Source: Antedon mediterranea | Lineage: Eukaryota > Animalia > Echinodermata | Assembly (NCBI RefSeq): GCF_964355755.1 | Contig: NC_092670.1 | Span: 26,522,795-26,586,794 of the forward strand | Reading direction: 5' to 3' | Length of the DNA: 64,000 bases | In this document: positions 27,367-40,971 of the stretch, in pieces | How the letters are laid out: every line of letters starts with the position of its first letter | How positions within the stretch are numbered: the stretch's first letter is position 1 | The notes under the pieces: model-generated | The model's database searches: none | Seen by the model: the letters and a program-made list of their open reading frames with translations, nothing else | Told to the model about the DNA's origin: nothing | Made by a program: the position numbers and the translations under genes

Positions 27367-27636
27367 AGCCTGGTTTCCATTAAAATCGCTACAGCGTTTC
27401 CATTAAAATCGCTACACGCGCAGATGTCGCCGACGCAATCGGGAAGGCTCCCCGATTCATCGCAGACAAATCGGCAAAGTTCAACCATGTTCAACTTTGC
27501 CGATTTTGTCGGCGATGAATGGTATACGCGTGTACCAAAGAATATTTAGTGCTCGCGTACTAGATCCCCGATAAATTATAGCGTTTCCATAGAATCGCTA
27601 CGCTCTGTCGTGTAGCGATTTAATGGAAACCAGGCT
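27367..27636. mobile_element. Harbinger-like MITE
   Basis: TIR AGCCTGGTTTCCATTAAA; TAA TSD; empty site visible in the paralogous arm at ~24734-24755. Confidence 0.9.
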
Positions 27637-28764
27637 TAAATTGCAAGCATATTGGCATTCTATTCAAAAAGTAGGTCATTAGTAACCAAGTAAAGAAATA
27701 ACTGTGGGATCAGGACACTCTTCTCCTGACATCCTATCAATCAATACAAGTCCCTTTGGAAGAATGAAGAACAAACCCGATGGTGGGACTGGAGCTTTAT
27801 AGCCTTAGAATTTCAGCGCCGTGGTCTTAGATTCTAAGCCTCCTCCAGGCAGGCTTACGCTAACCGCGCGACGCGAGCGCTCCTGGCTAGCTAGTAATAT
27901 CATGGCAAAATTAACTTCTTTAAATACTGCTGTGAATTGATTTTATGATACTAGTGTAGAAAAGGGGTATTGAACTATAAGACGTGTATTATTATTTTTA
28001 TCTACCAATTGTTTCAATAGATAAAATCTATATAGGCCCACACCTACCTGACGATCAATTACTATTAGCGGTCCACAACCGCACCAACAAGCTGTACGCA
28101 TATTGTCCATACGCGGCCTAGCGCTACACTATTTTGACCAAGAAAAGACTGCATATAGTAGCATATTTAAAATTAATTTTTTTACAAATATTTGTTGGTA
28201 AACTTTAAGAATGTATCAATTAACCAATATTTACTATCAAATTACATACAATTTTGTTGCCAATATTTTTAATTATTTGCTAAAATCTCCTAGTATTTAC
28301 GTAATCAAACGCTATTGAATAGGCAGTGTGTCCATTCATGAATTAAAATGGCCTCAATATGTCCTACTGAGGAGCTTGTCGCTACTCCTTATTGTTAAAT
28401 TACTCTATTTGCACTTGTTGGTATAGCGCCCTCATTTGTCGGTAACTATAGGCTGGTTTGATTGTTTGAAATTCTTTACTAATAAAGTCTCAGTTAAGAC
28501 CGCTATATTGCAATCGACTTTATTTGCTGAGAGGCTTAACTAAGACTTTCGCGAGGGGCTTAGGCTTAGATCAAAGTCTATATATTGCAATCCGCCCCTG
28601 CCCTGGTGTTACATGTTACACTACTATTCAATGCTGAAAATTGTCCGGTGGACACTTTTAAACACCGGACACATTTCAAACTTCTACCGACCTACTCATT
28701 TTTGGGATTTACCCAAAACGTGGCCAACACAATAATTTTTTTTTTGGCCTAATGATGATGGTGA

Positions 28765-30858
28765 TAGAGACAGGTTAGTGTGTGGCGTAAACCATACGAC
28801 CATACAGAAAGCTATGCTAGCTAAAGGTGACACTTTAACTCTAGACTCTGCTGTTGAAATGGCTCAGGCAATGGAAGCAGCAGAAAAGAATACGGAACGT
28901 TTAACTAAGCATTCAGCAAATGATGTGCAAATCAATGCATTTACTCGTCATCACAACAAGCAATCTTCACCGAAGAATGCTTCACCGAGTACATATCAAC
29001 CAAAAAAGTCGTACTCACAGTTTAAACCGAAATATCAGCGTACTTGCCGGAACTGTAGATTAAATCAATCACCTAAATCATGTCCAGCTTTTGGCAAACA
29101 ATGCCATAACTGTCGAAAGTTAAAGCATTATGCTAAGTTGTGTCGGTCGACACGTGTCCATGAAATACAGGACTATGAAACAGAACACGAACATATAACA
29201 CAGCCACAGGGACCCTTCTATATCGATGAAGTAAAATACCTTGCCAATAATGAAGCAACTGTCGCAGTGACGTATAAACAAACAACGCTTGCAGTTAAAG
29301 CTGGATACTGGTGCAAAATGCAATGTACTCCCTCTCAACATTTTAAACAAAATCGCACCGAACGCACAAATTGATAGTGATACAGTTACACTAGTATGCT
29401 TTGGTGGAACTAAGCTCCAAAGTAAAGGAACTGTTAAATTGATGTGCAGAATCGCTAATATACTCAACAGATTACACAATTCAGAATAGTTGACAAGCAC
29501 ACATCTGCTATTTTAGGTCTTAAAGACTGTATGCAGTTTGGATTGCTAGCCTTCAGCAACGATGTCCATGAAGTCACAGATAGAACATTTTCTGACGAAA
29601 TACTGACAAAGTATCGAGATCTGTTTGACACAACATTGGGTAAGCAACCAGTAACTTACCACATAACAGTAAATAAAGAAATAGACCCAATCGTCAGACC
29701 ACCACGAAAGGTTCCAATCGCAATGAAAAACAAAATTATTAACGAACTCAAACGCATGACTGATCAAGGGGTCATATCAGCAACCAATGAACCAACACCA
29801 TGGGTATCGTCTATGGTGGCAACACACAAAAAAGGGACTGATGAAATCCGCTTGTCATCATTTTGGCAGATCCCTCTTGATGATTACTCTTCGAAACTAA
29901 CAACATTCAACACGATCATTGGTCGATACAGGTTTCTCAGAATGCCGTATGGCCTAAGTTCGGGATCTGAAGTATTTCAGAGAACAATTGAGGACCTTTT
30001 TATAAACCTTCCATGTTTCATTGCCATAGACGACATCCTTGACTATGGGAAGACTCACCTTGAACATGATGCTAATCTTAGAAAGATACTAGACAGAGCG
30101 CGGAGCATTAACTTAAAACTTAACCCTGCCAAATGTCGATTTCGAGTTAACGAAGTCACATACCTTGGTCACGTATTTTCAGGCAGTGGCATGAAGCCAG
30201 ACCCAAAGAAAGTAGCAGCAATAATTGACATGCATGAACCAGAAGACATTACAGCCGTGCAGCGATTTCTAGGTATGGTTAATTATCTTGCAAAATACAT
30301 ACCTGATCTTAGCGACCTCGCCACCCCTCTCAGACAGCTGACACGAAAAGAAATAGCATGGCACTGGCAAGAGAATCATATCAATGCATTTGCCACAATC
30401 AAAACAAAGATCGCAGAAGCACCAACACTTAAATACTTTGATGTTACTAAACCCATTACTTTGACATGCGATGCTTCAAAATTTGGTCTTGGGTGTGCCT
30501 GCTTACAAGACAAAGGTCCAGTTGCTTATTCATCAAGGACAATGACCAGCGCCGAACAGCGCTATAGCCAAATCGAGAAGGAACTTCTAGCCATAGTTTG
30601 TGCATGTAACAAGTTTAAAGACTATATCTATGGGAAGCAAATAACTGTTGAAACAGATCATAAACCCCTGATCACTATAATGAGGAAGCCTATACATGCT
30701 GTCCCAGCTCATCTTCAAAGAATGCGCTTACAATTACAGAAATATGACATTAACCTTTTATATAAGCGTGGAGCAGAATTATATGTAGCAGATACTCTCT
30801 CGAGCACCACTTGCAAATTATGGCCAAAGTAATGATGAAGCAGAGTATTTCGAAGTTA
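28765..30858 (+). pseudogene. pol: Gypsy gag-pol (zinc knuckle, protease, RT with internal deletion, RNase H)
   Basis: CPAFGKQCHNCRKLKHYAKLC; LDTGA; GRYRFLRMPYG, degenerate AIDD; TCDASKFGLG, YSQIEKELLA, TDHKPL. Confidence 0.9.
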
Positions 30859-31579
30859 TAGACAGGTTCCATTTCTCAAAAAACGGCCTAGAAAACGAAT
30901 CAAGAAGCATTTTTGGGTAGAAGCTGGGATCCACTTGATTTAGGATATTTCGACCTCACTGATTACGAATATGGCGGATCCCAAGCGAAATTCGGCCATC
31001 TAAGCCCTTAATTTGCATAATTAAAAATGGCGGCCATTTTTTATAATTACCCTATATCTCGAGAACCACTAGTCACAGATAATTAATTTTGGTTTCAAAA
31101 TGTTTTAAATATATGTTTTTATATTCACTTTAATGACACATTTTCTCAAAAAATGGATGCAAGTCTTATTTCTGACATTTTGACCTTTGACCTTGATTTA
31201 TCGTATCTCAGTAACCAATAATCGGAGAGACACGAAATAGGGCTCAAATTGTTCAGAAACTATACATTTATATTTATTATAATGAAATGTTTTTACAAAA
31301 AATGGCCGATTCTACAACTATTGACCTTTGAACTATTAGTCAAATATAAAAATATAATAATAATATAACTTTGAAAATTGTGGTCTTATGAATTTTGTTT
31401 TTGTTTTAAATTGTTTAAAACATGTGTGTTTCTATCCAGTCTAATGGCACATTTTGTACAAGAATAGCCGATAGTATGGTTATTGACCTTTAAACTACAG
31501 CATAGGCCTACTGTATACTAAATATAATTGCATATCTATGAAATTATTTATACACAATAATAATTAGTAAAATTATAAA

Positions 31580-32130
31580 ATTCACTGCCATCAAATATGA
31601 TGTATTATGATTTATATAGATTTTAAAAAATTTGAACACGCAAGTTACATTTGTTGAAATTTGAAATTACCTGCCATCAATATGATGGAGTATGATTATA
31701 GATTTTTTTTAATGTGAACATGTCAGCTACATTTGGAAATTACCTGCCATCAATATGATGGATTATGATTATAGATTTAAAAAAGAATTTGAACACGTAA
31801 GCTACATTTGAAAATTACCTGCACCATCAATATGATAGATTATGATTATAGATTTAAAAAAAGAATTGTAGCACGTCAGCTACATTTGGAAATTTGGAAA
31901 TTACCTGCTATCAATATGATGGATTATGATTGTATAGATTTAAAAGAAAATGTGGACACGTAAGCTACATTTGAAAATTACCTGCCATCAATATGATGGA
32001 TTATGATTATAGATTTAAAAAAGAATTTGAACACGTCAGCTACATTTGGAAATTACCTGCCATCAATATGATGGATTATGATTGTATAGGTTTGAAAGAA
32101 AATGTGAACACGTAAGCTACATTTGGAATG
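31580..32130. repeat. ~80-bp tandem array in the left Academ arm (inverted counterpart at ~33617-34155)
   Basis: Unit contains AAATTACCTGCCATCAATATGATGGATTATGATTATAGATTT. Confidence 0.9.
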
Positions 32131-32682
32131 AACATGTTAAGGGCATCAGTTTTGATCATTCATGCAAAGGTTTCCATCATCTTTAGCGTTGTTACAGCGG
32201 CATAAAGCTGTACATGGTAGTTTTGACTTCTTGCACCTACATCTATTGGTTATGCATCGTGTTTTGCGTCCACAATAAATCATCTCTAACGAAAGAGTAG
32301 GAATAGCTTCATTTTTCAGAAGCACTGGTTGAAGTTTACCATTAGATAGCTCCCAACCAAAATCTGTTGGTGATGGCAAATGCTGGATATTGGCGATACA
32401 GCTTTTTTCCATACGAGTGCTTGGAAGTGTGCTCTTTTTATATGTTGGTGCACTGCATAGCTTGTTGGAGGTAATGCCCCTGGTTTGTTTTTTTTTTAAA
32501 CATGGCATGCCAAACTTCATTGGTACTTTTAACTTGACCAACACCGTAAACGTAGCAAATGAATCTTTCCGATTTCATAATAACTTGGTCACTGATAGGT
32601 TTCTCCCAGGTCTTTAATTAGTTCATAATTTTTGTTTAATACTTCCCATGCCGATGCCTTTGAGTGACCACTTAGATATGAG

Positions 32683-32737
32683 CAGGGAAGAGTTAAATTA
32701 CTGTATGTATGTATTAATGTAATTTAACTCTTCCCTG
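32683..32737. mobile_element. 55-bp P-like micro-insert / excision footprint
   Basis: 19-bp inverted ends CAGGGAAGAGTTAAATTAC; perfect 8-bp TSD GATATGAG. Confidence 0.8.
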
Positions 32738-34787
32738 GATATGAGGTAGTATTGCATCCACTAATAGTGTGGAATGGAATCAGTGCTTTTGCAGAACCAT
32801 CCGGCAAGGCTTGAAAAATGTCTTTTATAGATACTTTCTTTTTTTGGATGTCCCTGTCATCATCCATTTGGATACCATGCTTTGGTAGTGAGACACTAGA
32901 ATCACTAGTACGTCTGTATCCCTAGAAGCAACTACAACTGTGTCGTATCGGACATTGGCAGCATGACAAGTCGCGTGTCCGCTTCTTCATGATCTGCTAC
33001 CAGAGACAACGTATTCGTGTAGACTTTTGATGATTTAACAACTGATTCTTCCATAAATCCACCAGCTGTGACAATTTCTTTGTCTATAGGAGCTTGGCGA
33101 ATCAACTCCTCTGATAGAAATCGTGCCAGATCTGCTTTATTTTCTTGTAATGCCAAAAAGTTCGACCAGCAATTTGGCTGGCTGTGTTTTGGTTCATCTT
33201 TGTCTGGTGGTGTCCTTTATCGACAGTTTTAAGTTAGGCATGCCATGTTTAAAAAAAAAACAAAACCAGAGGCATACCTCCAACAAGCTATGCAGTGCAC
33301 CAGCATATAAAAAGAGCACACTTCCAATCACTCGTATGGAAAAAAGCTGTATCGTCAATCCAGCATTTGCCATTACCAACATATTTTGGTTGGGAGCTAT
33401 CTAATGGTAAACTTCAACCAGTGCTTCTGAAAAATGAAGCTATTCCTACTTCGTTAGAGATGATTTATTGTGGATGCAAGACACGATGCATAACCATATA
33501 GATGTAGGTGCAAGAAGTCAAAACTACCATATACAGCTTTATGCTGCTGTAACAAAGGCTAAAGATGACGGAAACCTTTGCATGAATGATCAAAACTGAT
33601 GCCCTTAACATGTTCATTCCAAATGTAGCTTACGTGTTCACATTTTCTTTCAAACCTATACAATCATAATCCATCATATTGATGGCAGGTAATTTCCAAA
33701 TTTCCAAATGTAGCTGACGTGTTCAAATTGTTTTTTAAATCTATAATCATAATCCATCATATTGATGGCAGGTAATTTTCAAATGTAGCTTACGTGTTCA
33801 CATCTTTAAAAATCTATAATCATAATCCATCATATTGATGGCAGGTAATTTTCAAATGTAGCTTACGTGTTCACATTTTCTTTCAAACCTATACAATCAT
33901 AATCCATCATATTGATAGCAGGTAATTTCCAAATTTCCAAATGTAGCTGACGTGTTCAAATTCTTTTTTAAATCTATAATCATAATCCATCATATTGATG
34001 GCAGGTAATTTCCAAATGTTGCTGACATGTTCACATCTTTAAAAATCTATAATCATACTCCATCATATTGATAGCAGGTAATTTCCAAATGTAACTTGCA
34101 TGTTCATTTTTTTTTTAATCTACATAAATCATAATACATCATATTTGATGGCAGTGAATTTTATAATTTTACTAAATTATTATTGTGTATAAATAATTTC
34201 ATAGTTATGCAATTATATTATATTTATTATACAGTAGGTCTATGCTGTAGTTCAAAGGTCAATAACCATATGTCATAAGACCAACATTTTCAGAGTTATA
34301 TTATTATATTTGACTAATAGTTCAAAGGTCAATAGTTGTAGAATCGGCCATTTTTTGTAAAAACATTTCATTATAATAAATATGAATGTATAGTTTCTGA
34401 ACAATTTGAGCCCTATTTCGTGTCTCTCCGATTATTGGTTACTGAGATACGATAAATCAAGGTCAAAGGTCAAAATGTCAGAAATAAGATTTGCATCCAT
34501 TTTTTGAGAAAATGTGTCATTAAAGTGAATATAAAAACATATATTTAAAACATTTTGACACCAAAATAAATTATCTGTGACTAGTGGTTCTCGAGATATA
34601 AGGTAATTATAAAAAATGGCCGCCATTTTTAATTATGCAAATTAAGGGCTTAGATGGCCGAATTTCGCTTGGGATCCGCAATATTCGTAATCAGCGAGGT
34701 CGAAATATCCTAAATCAAGTGGATCCCAGCTTCTACCCAAAAATGCTTCTTGCACCATATTTCAGAGGAAATAGAACTTGTCTATTA

Positions 34788-35996
34788 TGTCTGTCCTACA
34801 AATATCAGAGCCCAGACAACAAGAATTAGCAACTGCTACACAAAACGATACTACACTGCAGAGGCGATGAACTTTCCATTCAAGATAATGGTGTAATATT
34901 AAAAAGCTTGAAAGCTATAATCCCAGAATCGTTACACTAAATTGTTGCACGAAGGTCATCCTTCAGCAGACGCAACACAACGTCGCGGAAGAGACATAGT
35001 TTTTTGGTCCAAAATGAGCTCTGACATAGATCAATATGTCCAGTCATGTTCAGTATGCAATAGCATGAAACCACACTTACAGAAGGAACCGCTACAAAGC
35101 TATCCAACTCCAGAAACACCCTTTCAAACCATCGGTGTTGACTTATTTGTTTGGAACGATTTAAACTATTTAGCGATTGGAGATTCTTACTCTACATGGT
35201 TTGATTTCTGTTCCCTACCTAACATAACAGCACATGCGGTAATCCTTAAACTAAAGAGCAGATTCGCTACTCATGGTGTACCCATAACATAATCACTGAT
35301 AATGCCAGACAGTTTGACTGCGCAAAATTTCGTGCTTTCGTCACTGAATGGAACTTTCATCATATCACCAGCCGTCCAACCTTTCCACAATTAAATGGAT
35401 TAGCGGAAAGCGCTATCAAACGTGCAAAAATATTTCTTGAGAAAACCAAACACGAAAGCTCCGATTTATACAAAAACTTATTAAATATTCGCAACATACC
35501 CACCACCCCCAGTTTAGGATCACCAGCTCAACGTCTCATGTCGCAAAGACTTCGAACTCCAATACCAACATCACAACCGCTCTTAAACCCACAAGTTATT
35601 ACTAATGTTACAAACTCTCTAAACCACCGTCATACCATAACAAAAAAGTCTTATGATAAGCACGCAAAATCTCTTCGACCTCTCAACCCAAATGAAACAG
35701 TACGCATCCAAACGAAAGCTGGCCACAACAAGATTGGTACTATAGTTCGTAACACAAACCACCCACGATCTTATATTGTCCATGTTAATGGCAGTGACTA
35801 TCGTCGTAACCGTCTTCATTTATTACCCGTCTCAGAAAGCAACGACCGCCTCAACATAACACCTACAACCTCCGATCGAGAAGATTTTCCATACTACCAT
35901 GACATCCAACCCACTCGCAATAATGTAAATAACTGTTTAATCACCACACGCTCTGGAAGAATATCACGGCCTAATCCTAGATACATCCAGAAATGA
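34788..35996 (+). pseudogene. pol: Gypsy integrase (continuation of the 28765 element)
   Basis: LHEGHP...CSVC, GVDLF, FATHGVP, TDNARQF, YRRNRLHL, TTRSGRISRP. Confidence 0.9.
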
Positions 35997-36023
35997 ACTT
36001 TAAACTTTACCATGATAAGTTAA

Positions 36024-36529
36024 AGACCCCTTCCCTGCAATTTTGGACGTTTTTTGGAAAATAATACATATATATCACTTTAAAAACATTAAACCATGTC
36101 ATTCCTTGTCTTAAATGTACGTTTTATGGTAAATTATGATAAAAAGTGAGAAACAATGCACTACCTAAGTGGCTCGCGGCGATCGACCTCTCGTGGATGG
36201 TCTTTAGGCCTGGCCTAGCTGGTAAACATCGGTAACGTACAAACATCATACGCTAGCTATATACCTAGCCTGACGTTGTATAGTTGCTGCATTAATTGTC
36301 TTTCTATTTTTGCCAGACTCCGTTGATACAAATTGGGGAAAACCCGGTATTTTCGCTGAAAAGTTAGGAGTCTTCCATTTGTTTTGGCCTCACGATCGAT
36401 CGAAAAGTGGGCGAATTACAGGTGAAAAACAAAAATATCAATCCGCGCGCAATGCATTTTGGGATTTATAGCGGGCCGCTATACTTATTAGAATCGACTT
36501 ATTTTTCACATTTTTAACCGTTTAAAGAC
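36024..36529 (+). mobile_element. Kolobok-like MITE family A, truncated copy
   Basis: TTAA + AGACCCCTTCCCTGC; nearly identical to the reverse complement of 5485-6013. Confidence 0.8.
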
Positions 36530-36604
36530 ATTGAGAAAGACTTACATAAAGAAAGACTTACATTAACAAGGACTAGTAGACACTAACACAATAACAAACC
36601 ATCC

Positions 36605-37684
36605 AGGTGTCACGAAACCTAAGACCACGAAAGCTAAGACCCCCTAAGACCTAAGATCACGAAAGCTAAGACCCAAGACCTAAGATTACAAATTCTAAGA
36701 TATACTACAGCTTAAAAACAATACTTGTTTATCCATACATAATTTTAAACACAGTAGGTTTCATTTATTACCATAAATATAATTTAATACTACCGCAAAA
36801 CATAGATAAACTCACATTATTTTCGCCCGTTGAGTAAATGTATATTTTTTCTTTACCACAAACAAACTTGACGGGTTGTTTGTTGGTATATATTTACTCC
36901 ATTGTGTTGGTTCAGAAGATGTTTTTCTTACGCACCTGCCTTTCTTGTATTTTGACTCCAAATTTGTTGACTAACTTTATCCTGAACACCACACTTTACA
37001 ATTAGGACTTATAGGCCTAAGTACTTTCAGAAGGAGAAACACATAATAACAAATAAATAAATCCTTTAAATTGATGATTTTACAGATGTGTTTCTTTGTA
37101 TACTGTAATGTAACTCCTCGAGCTCCCCATGCTCAATGTTTTTGTTTCTATGGAGCGCCAAAAGAGCAACAATAATAGTACAAGTATAAAAACAGAAAGA
37201 AAACGAAACAAAAAAACTTATCATGATTTTTAAATTAAAATTTATTTGCCAGTATTTATTTCCTCGTACTTGCATGATTATACTATTATCATTACAATTT
37301 TAATTTTACATTGTTCCATCCACACTGTAGATGGACTCCACAGAGTTTTAAGCCCTCTATATAATTTTTGCTCTTTTGACGTTCCATAGAAACAAAAACA
37401 TTGAACATGGGGTATGGCCTACTGTAGGCTAGTCATTTTGTGTGCGAGAAAAACGTCTGTAAAATCATCAATTTAAAAATGTATTTGTTACTTTTTATGT
37501 AATTCTTTTTCATGAAAGTGCCAATTCTAAGGTGTGGTATTCAGAATAAATGTTGGGAGTTAAAATACAAGAAAGGCAGGTGCAAAAGATAAATATTTGT
37601 AATCTTAGGTCTTAGGTCTTAGCTTTCTTGATCTTAGGTCTTAGGGGGTCTTAGCTTTCGTGGTCTTAGGTTTCGTGACACCCA
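36605..37684. mobile_element. MULE-like non-autonomous element
   Basis: ~90-bp TIRs with CTAAGAC sub-repeats; 9-bp TSD AAACCATCC (36596-604, 37685-93). Confidence 0.8.
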
Positions 37685-38120
37685 AAACCATCCTGCCATA
37701 AACAGAATAAAATGGAAACAAATTGTGGAAAGCGTAATGTCGGAAGACGGAAAACGTTAACATGCATGACATGCATGTTTCAACTAGAATGAAACAAAAG
37801 ATGGCGCTAGTTCCATTTCGCACCTGTCGTTTATTTCGACTCAAAATTGGTTAAGTAACTTTATCGTGAGTACCACACCTTAGAATTAGGCCTCAAAAAT
37901 ACTTTTACGAAGGAGATTACACAAAAAGTAAAAAATAAATCCTTTAAATTAATGAATTTACAGACGTGTTTCTCGCACATCGGTTCGTGAATTTCGCATA
38001 CTCCATGTTCAATGTTGTTGTTTCTATGGAGCGCCAAAAGAGCAATCATAATAGAGGAATAAATACTCAGTAAATTACGTATATTGAATGCATTTATTGG
38101 TGAAAATTACGTTCAATTTT

Positions 38121-39435
38121 CAGGGGCGGATCCAGGATTTTGAAATAGGGGGGGCGTAGGTTTGCGAGCGAAGCGAGCAAACACTGGCTGGGGGCCAGGG
38201 GGCCGCCAAGGGCCCCCGGTCGGGGTCCAGGGGCCGAAGGCCCCTGGAAATTTTGGCGTTCTAGCGCATTGTAAGTCGTTTAAAACGATTTACAAACAAT
38301 TCATAATGTCATTTACCAAACACTCTAAAGCTCGCAAATTACGACATGTGGAACATGCAGCTGATACTTACCTAGGGTACCAAAGCAAGCTAACAACTTG
38401 CCTGTACTTTACATCTAAATTTTTACAACGCGACGATGTTTTTCAGCTTTTATATAAGCATAAACTTGTCCTAGCCTAGGCCGGTATTATTTTCTTACAC
38501 GCGCGCCGGGTCGATCGCGGTGACGTCTACTTCTTCGCATCCATCATCCATGCAGCTAAAGTAAAATGACGTCACGTTAAAGCGGGTCGTCACAGAGTCT
38601 CATGCATATTAATGAAGCAAACTTGCTGAGAGTGTTTTCCACCACCACGCAACACATGCGACGCGAGATTTATCGAAACTCCGAGCCATCGACTGACGAT
38701 CATGTTTTTGACAATTAAAATCACGGCATATTCAACGACCTGGTTTAAACGATCGTTTAAAAATTAGCGGTCCGGCTCGATCATCATTACATTATATTTA
38801 GTGATTTGAAAAAAACAAAACACCCCTTTTGTCATCGCGATTTGTTTATGAGACTCATCGACGGAAAAGCAAATAAAACACTACAAGGCCCGGTCATGAA
38901 ATGCTGCATGCAGCATTGTTAATATTTTAATAGTAATATGTTTTAATAAAATATAGGCCTAACGGGATAATTTTCATAGGCACTAAAGTCCTAGCCTTTG
39001 TTTTTATTGTATTTAATAAATGGGCGCGTAGTGTAGCACTGACCATGTGACTTCATAAACTCTATTGATCGTCGGAGGTACGTACCGCTACTCTACAACG
39101 GGAGTGACGATCACAAAGGATGCCGACCTGCTTAGTAAAACGCGACCAAGCTCACCACGTGGCTTTTATCAACTTGCTCCTTTTAGTTTTACACTTAACT
39201 GTGAATGATCGTTGGTAACGCTAGAGATTGATAGTACACAAAGGATGTCGACGTACATGCTTGGTGAAATGCGATCAAGCTGACGATGTGCTCCGACGTA
39301 CTATTTTCACTATGAAAATGACCGTCGAAACGATACGTGTTTTTAAAATCTATTTAATTTAAAAAAAAAAAAAAAAAATCTTTAAAAAATAGGGGGGGCG
39401 TACGCCCCACACGCCCCCCGCTAGATCCGCCACTG
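38121..39435. mobile_element. hAT-like MITE with GC-rich subterminal block
   Basis: CAGGGGCGGATCCAG...CTAGATCCGCCACTG; 5-bp direct repeat ATTTT on both sides. Confidence 0.75.
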
Positions 39436-39816
39436 ATTTTATCATATTTTGTCAATGTCAATGCAACAAAAACATTACTGTTGATACTGTACATGGTTTT
39501 TGCAGGAACTTTTAGGAATGAAAATCGACAAATTCATCATCATATTACATGTGGGTATACCTGATCTAAATAATATTCGTCTTAGTCTTACTCTTAGACC
39601 TAGGGTTGGTTGCTATTTGAAAACAGCAAATTATTAGCAGTAAAATGTTACAGCATTTTTATTGACAAAATATATTAAAATTAAACGTGTATTTCAATAA
39701 TAAATGCATTAAAAGAAGACGCATTCCACTGAGTTTTTAACCATCTATTGTTGTTGCTCTTTTGGCACTCCATAGAAATGAAAATATTGAACTTCGCGAG
39801 TATGCTAGGCTAAATT

Positions 39817-40971
39817 GGGTGCAGGTCAAGTCGGCCCCAAACCGTCTCGGCCAAAGTCAAGTCGGCCCCATGTCAAGTCGGCCCCAAGTCAACTCGGCCT
39901 CAAGTCAACTCGGCCTCACGTCAACTCGGCCAAAAACTAATCGGTCAACTCGGCCACAATAAAGTATGGAACGCAAAAAGTGCTTAATATTATTATGATT
40001 ATTACTATCCACTCTTTAAAAAAAATTAAGAAATAAGAAAATAAAAAAATGATATCATTACCGATATGAATAGAAGTACCCGCGTTTTACAAAAACACGT
40101 GCAGGTACCACATTTTAGTAAATCGAAGACCATCAAGGAGCTATTATAGCTCCATGGTTCCACCATTTGGCCATAGAAAAATGATCGTACTGTACATATC
40201 GTTTTTGTCCATGATTTGCGTTTTAAAAAAAGGGGAATCCCTGGTCAGCGAAAACACGTAGCAGTTGTAGATATCGAAATAGCTGCCAAAGGCACAGGGA
40301 GGCACAGCTACGAATTGGTTTCAGATGTTGTCGCCTAATCAAATGCATACACTGAAGAAATCTATGCGTGATTCAACCATAGAGTTAACATTAATTAATA
40401 CCTCAATGATTCAACCAAAAAATCCAACCAAACAATCTTATTACACCTAATATATGTCCTCGCATATCGGACATGTTTATTGAATTTTGACGCACGAACG
40501 AACATACGCACCCACGTACGTGCATCATCATATTGCGTGTATGCCTACAATGTGTTCCTATTTATTATCCAAATGTTCATATATTGTAATAATTAATAAC
40601 AGTATGAATGCTAGCTTATTAATCAATTTTTTGTTATGCGCAATTTCAGTACAATTTGTGCAATTTGAAATTTTATTAAACATAAATAAAGAAAAATTTG
40701 TGAAATCCTTTTTTTTTTGCTAAATGTATTATTGTCTAAATATTAATATTCATTAAAAGTCAGAATTATTCATAGGTAATAAAATGTGAAGAAATATTAT
40801 TCTATCAATCCCCTTCTTTTGCACCTTTTGCATTCCATACTTTAACGGGACCGAGTTGACCGATTATTTTTTGGCCGAGTTGACGCGAGGCCGAGTTGAC
40901 TTGAGGCCGAGTTGACTTGGGGCCGACTTGACTTTGGCCGAGACGGTTTAGGGCCGACTTGGATCGAAATC
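39817..40971. mobile_element. MULE/foldback-like element with ~17-bp tandem sub-repeats in the TIRs
   Basis: GTCAAGTCGGCCCC / GTCAACTCGGCC arrays inverted at both ends; TSD GCTAAATT (39809-16, 40972-79). Confidence 0.8.

Larger units (their letters stand above)
24482..27800. repeat. Diverged long inverted-repeat arms with Kolobok-like ends (AGCTCCAGTCCCAC)
   Basis: 24510-24640 is inverted at 26417-26570; 25090-25340 at 26586-26845; 24585-24990 at 27090-27797. Confidence 0.65.
23617..28597. mobile_element. PIF/Harbinger-like element acting as a container for nested insertions
   Basis: TIR GGGCGGATTGCAATA / TATTGCAATCCGCCC; 3-bp TSD CTG at 23614-16 and 28598-600. Confidence 0.8.
30859..34784 (-). 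mobile_element. Academ-like DNA transposon, internally deleted foldback
   Basis: TAGACAGGTTC...GAACTTGTCTA termini, 3-bp TSD TTA; removal restores the Gypsy frame EVMSVLQIS; coding remnants HEEADTRL, DTDV, FHTISGCNTTS (XPG/FEN1-like) and a C-terminal Cys-rich YCGCKTRC...CRCKKSKLPCTALCRC. Confidence 0.85.

Noticed and set aside
31580-32130. Repeat-spacer-like array
   Set aside because: The intervening segments are diverged copies of each other, so this is a ~80-bp tandem repeat within a transposon arm
32146-32544. Host tesmin/CXC-domain gene
   Set aside because: Frameshifted, duplicated in inverted arms, and enclosed by Academ-like termini and a TSD
40134-40156. Confirmed P-like footprint
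   Set aside because: The palindrome has the right ends but the flanks AGACCAT/GTTCCAC do not form a convincing TSD; kept only as a candidate
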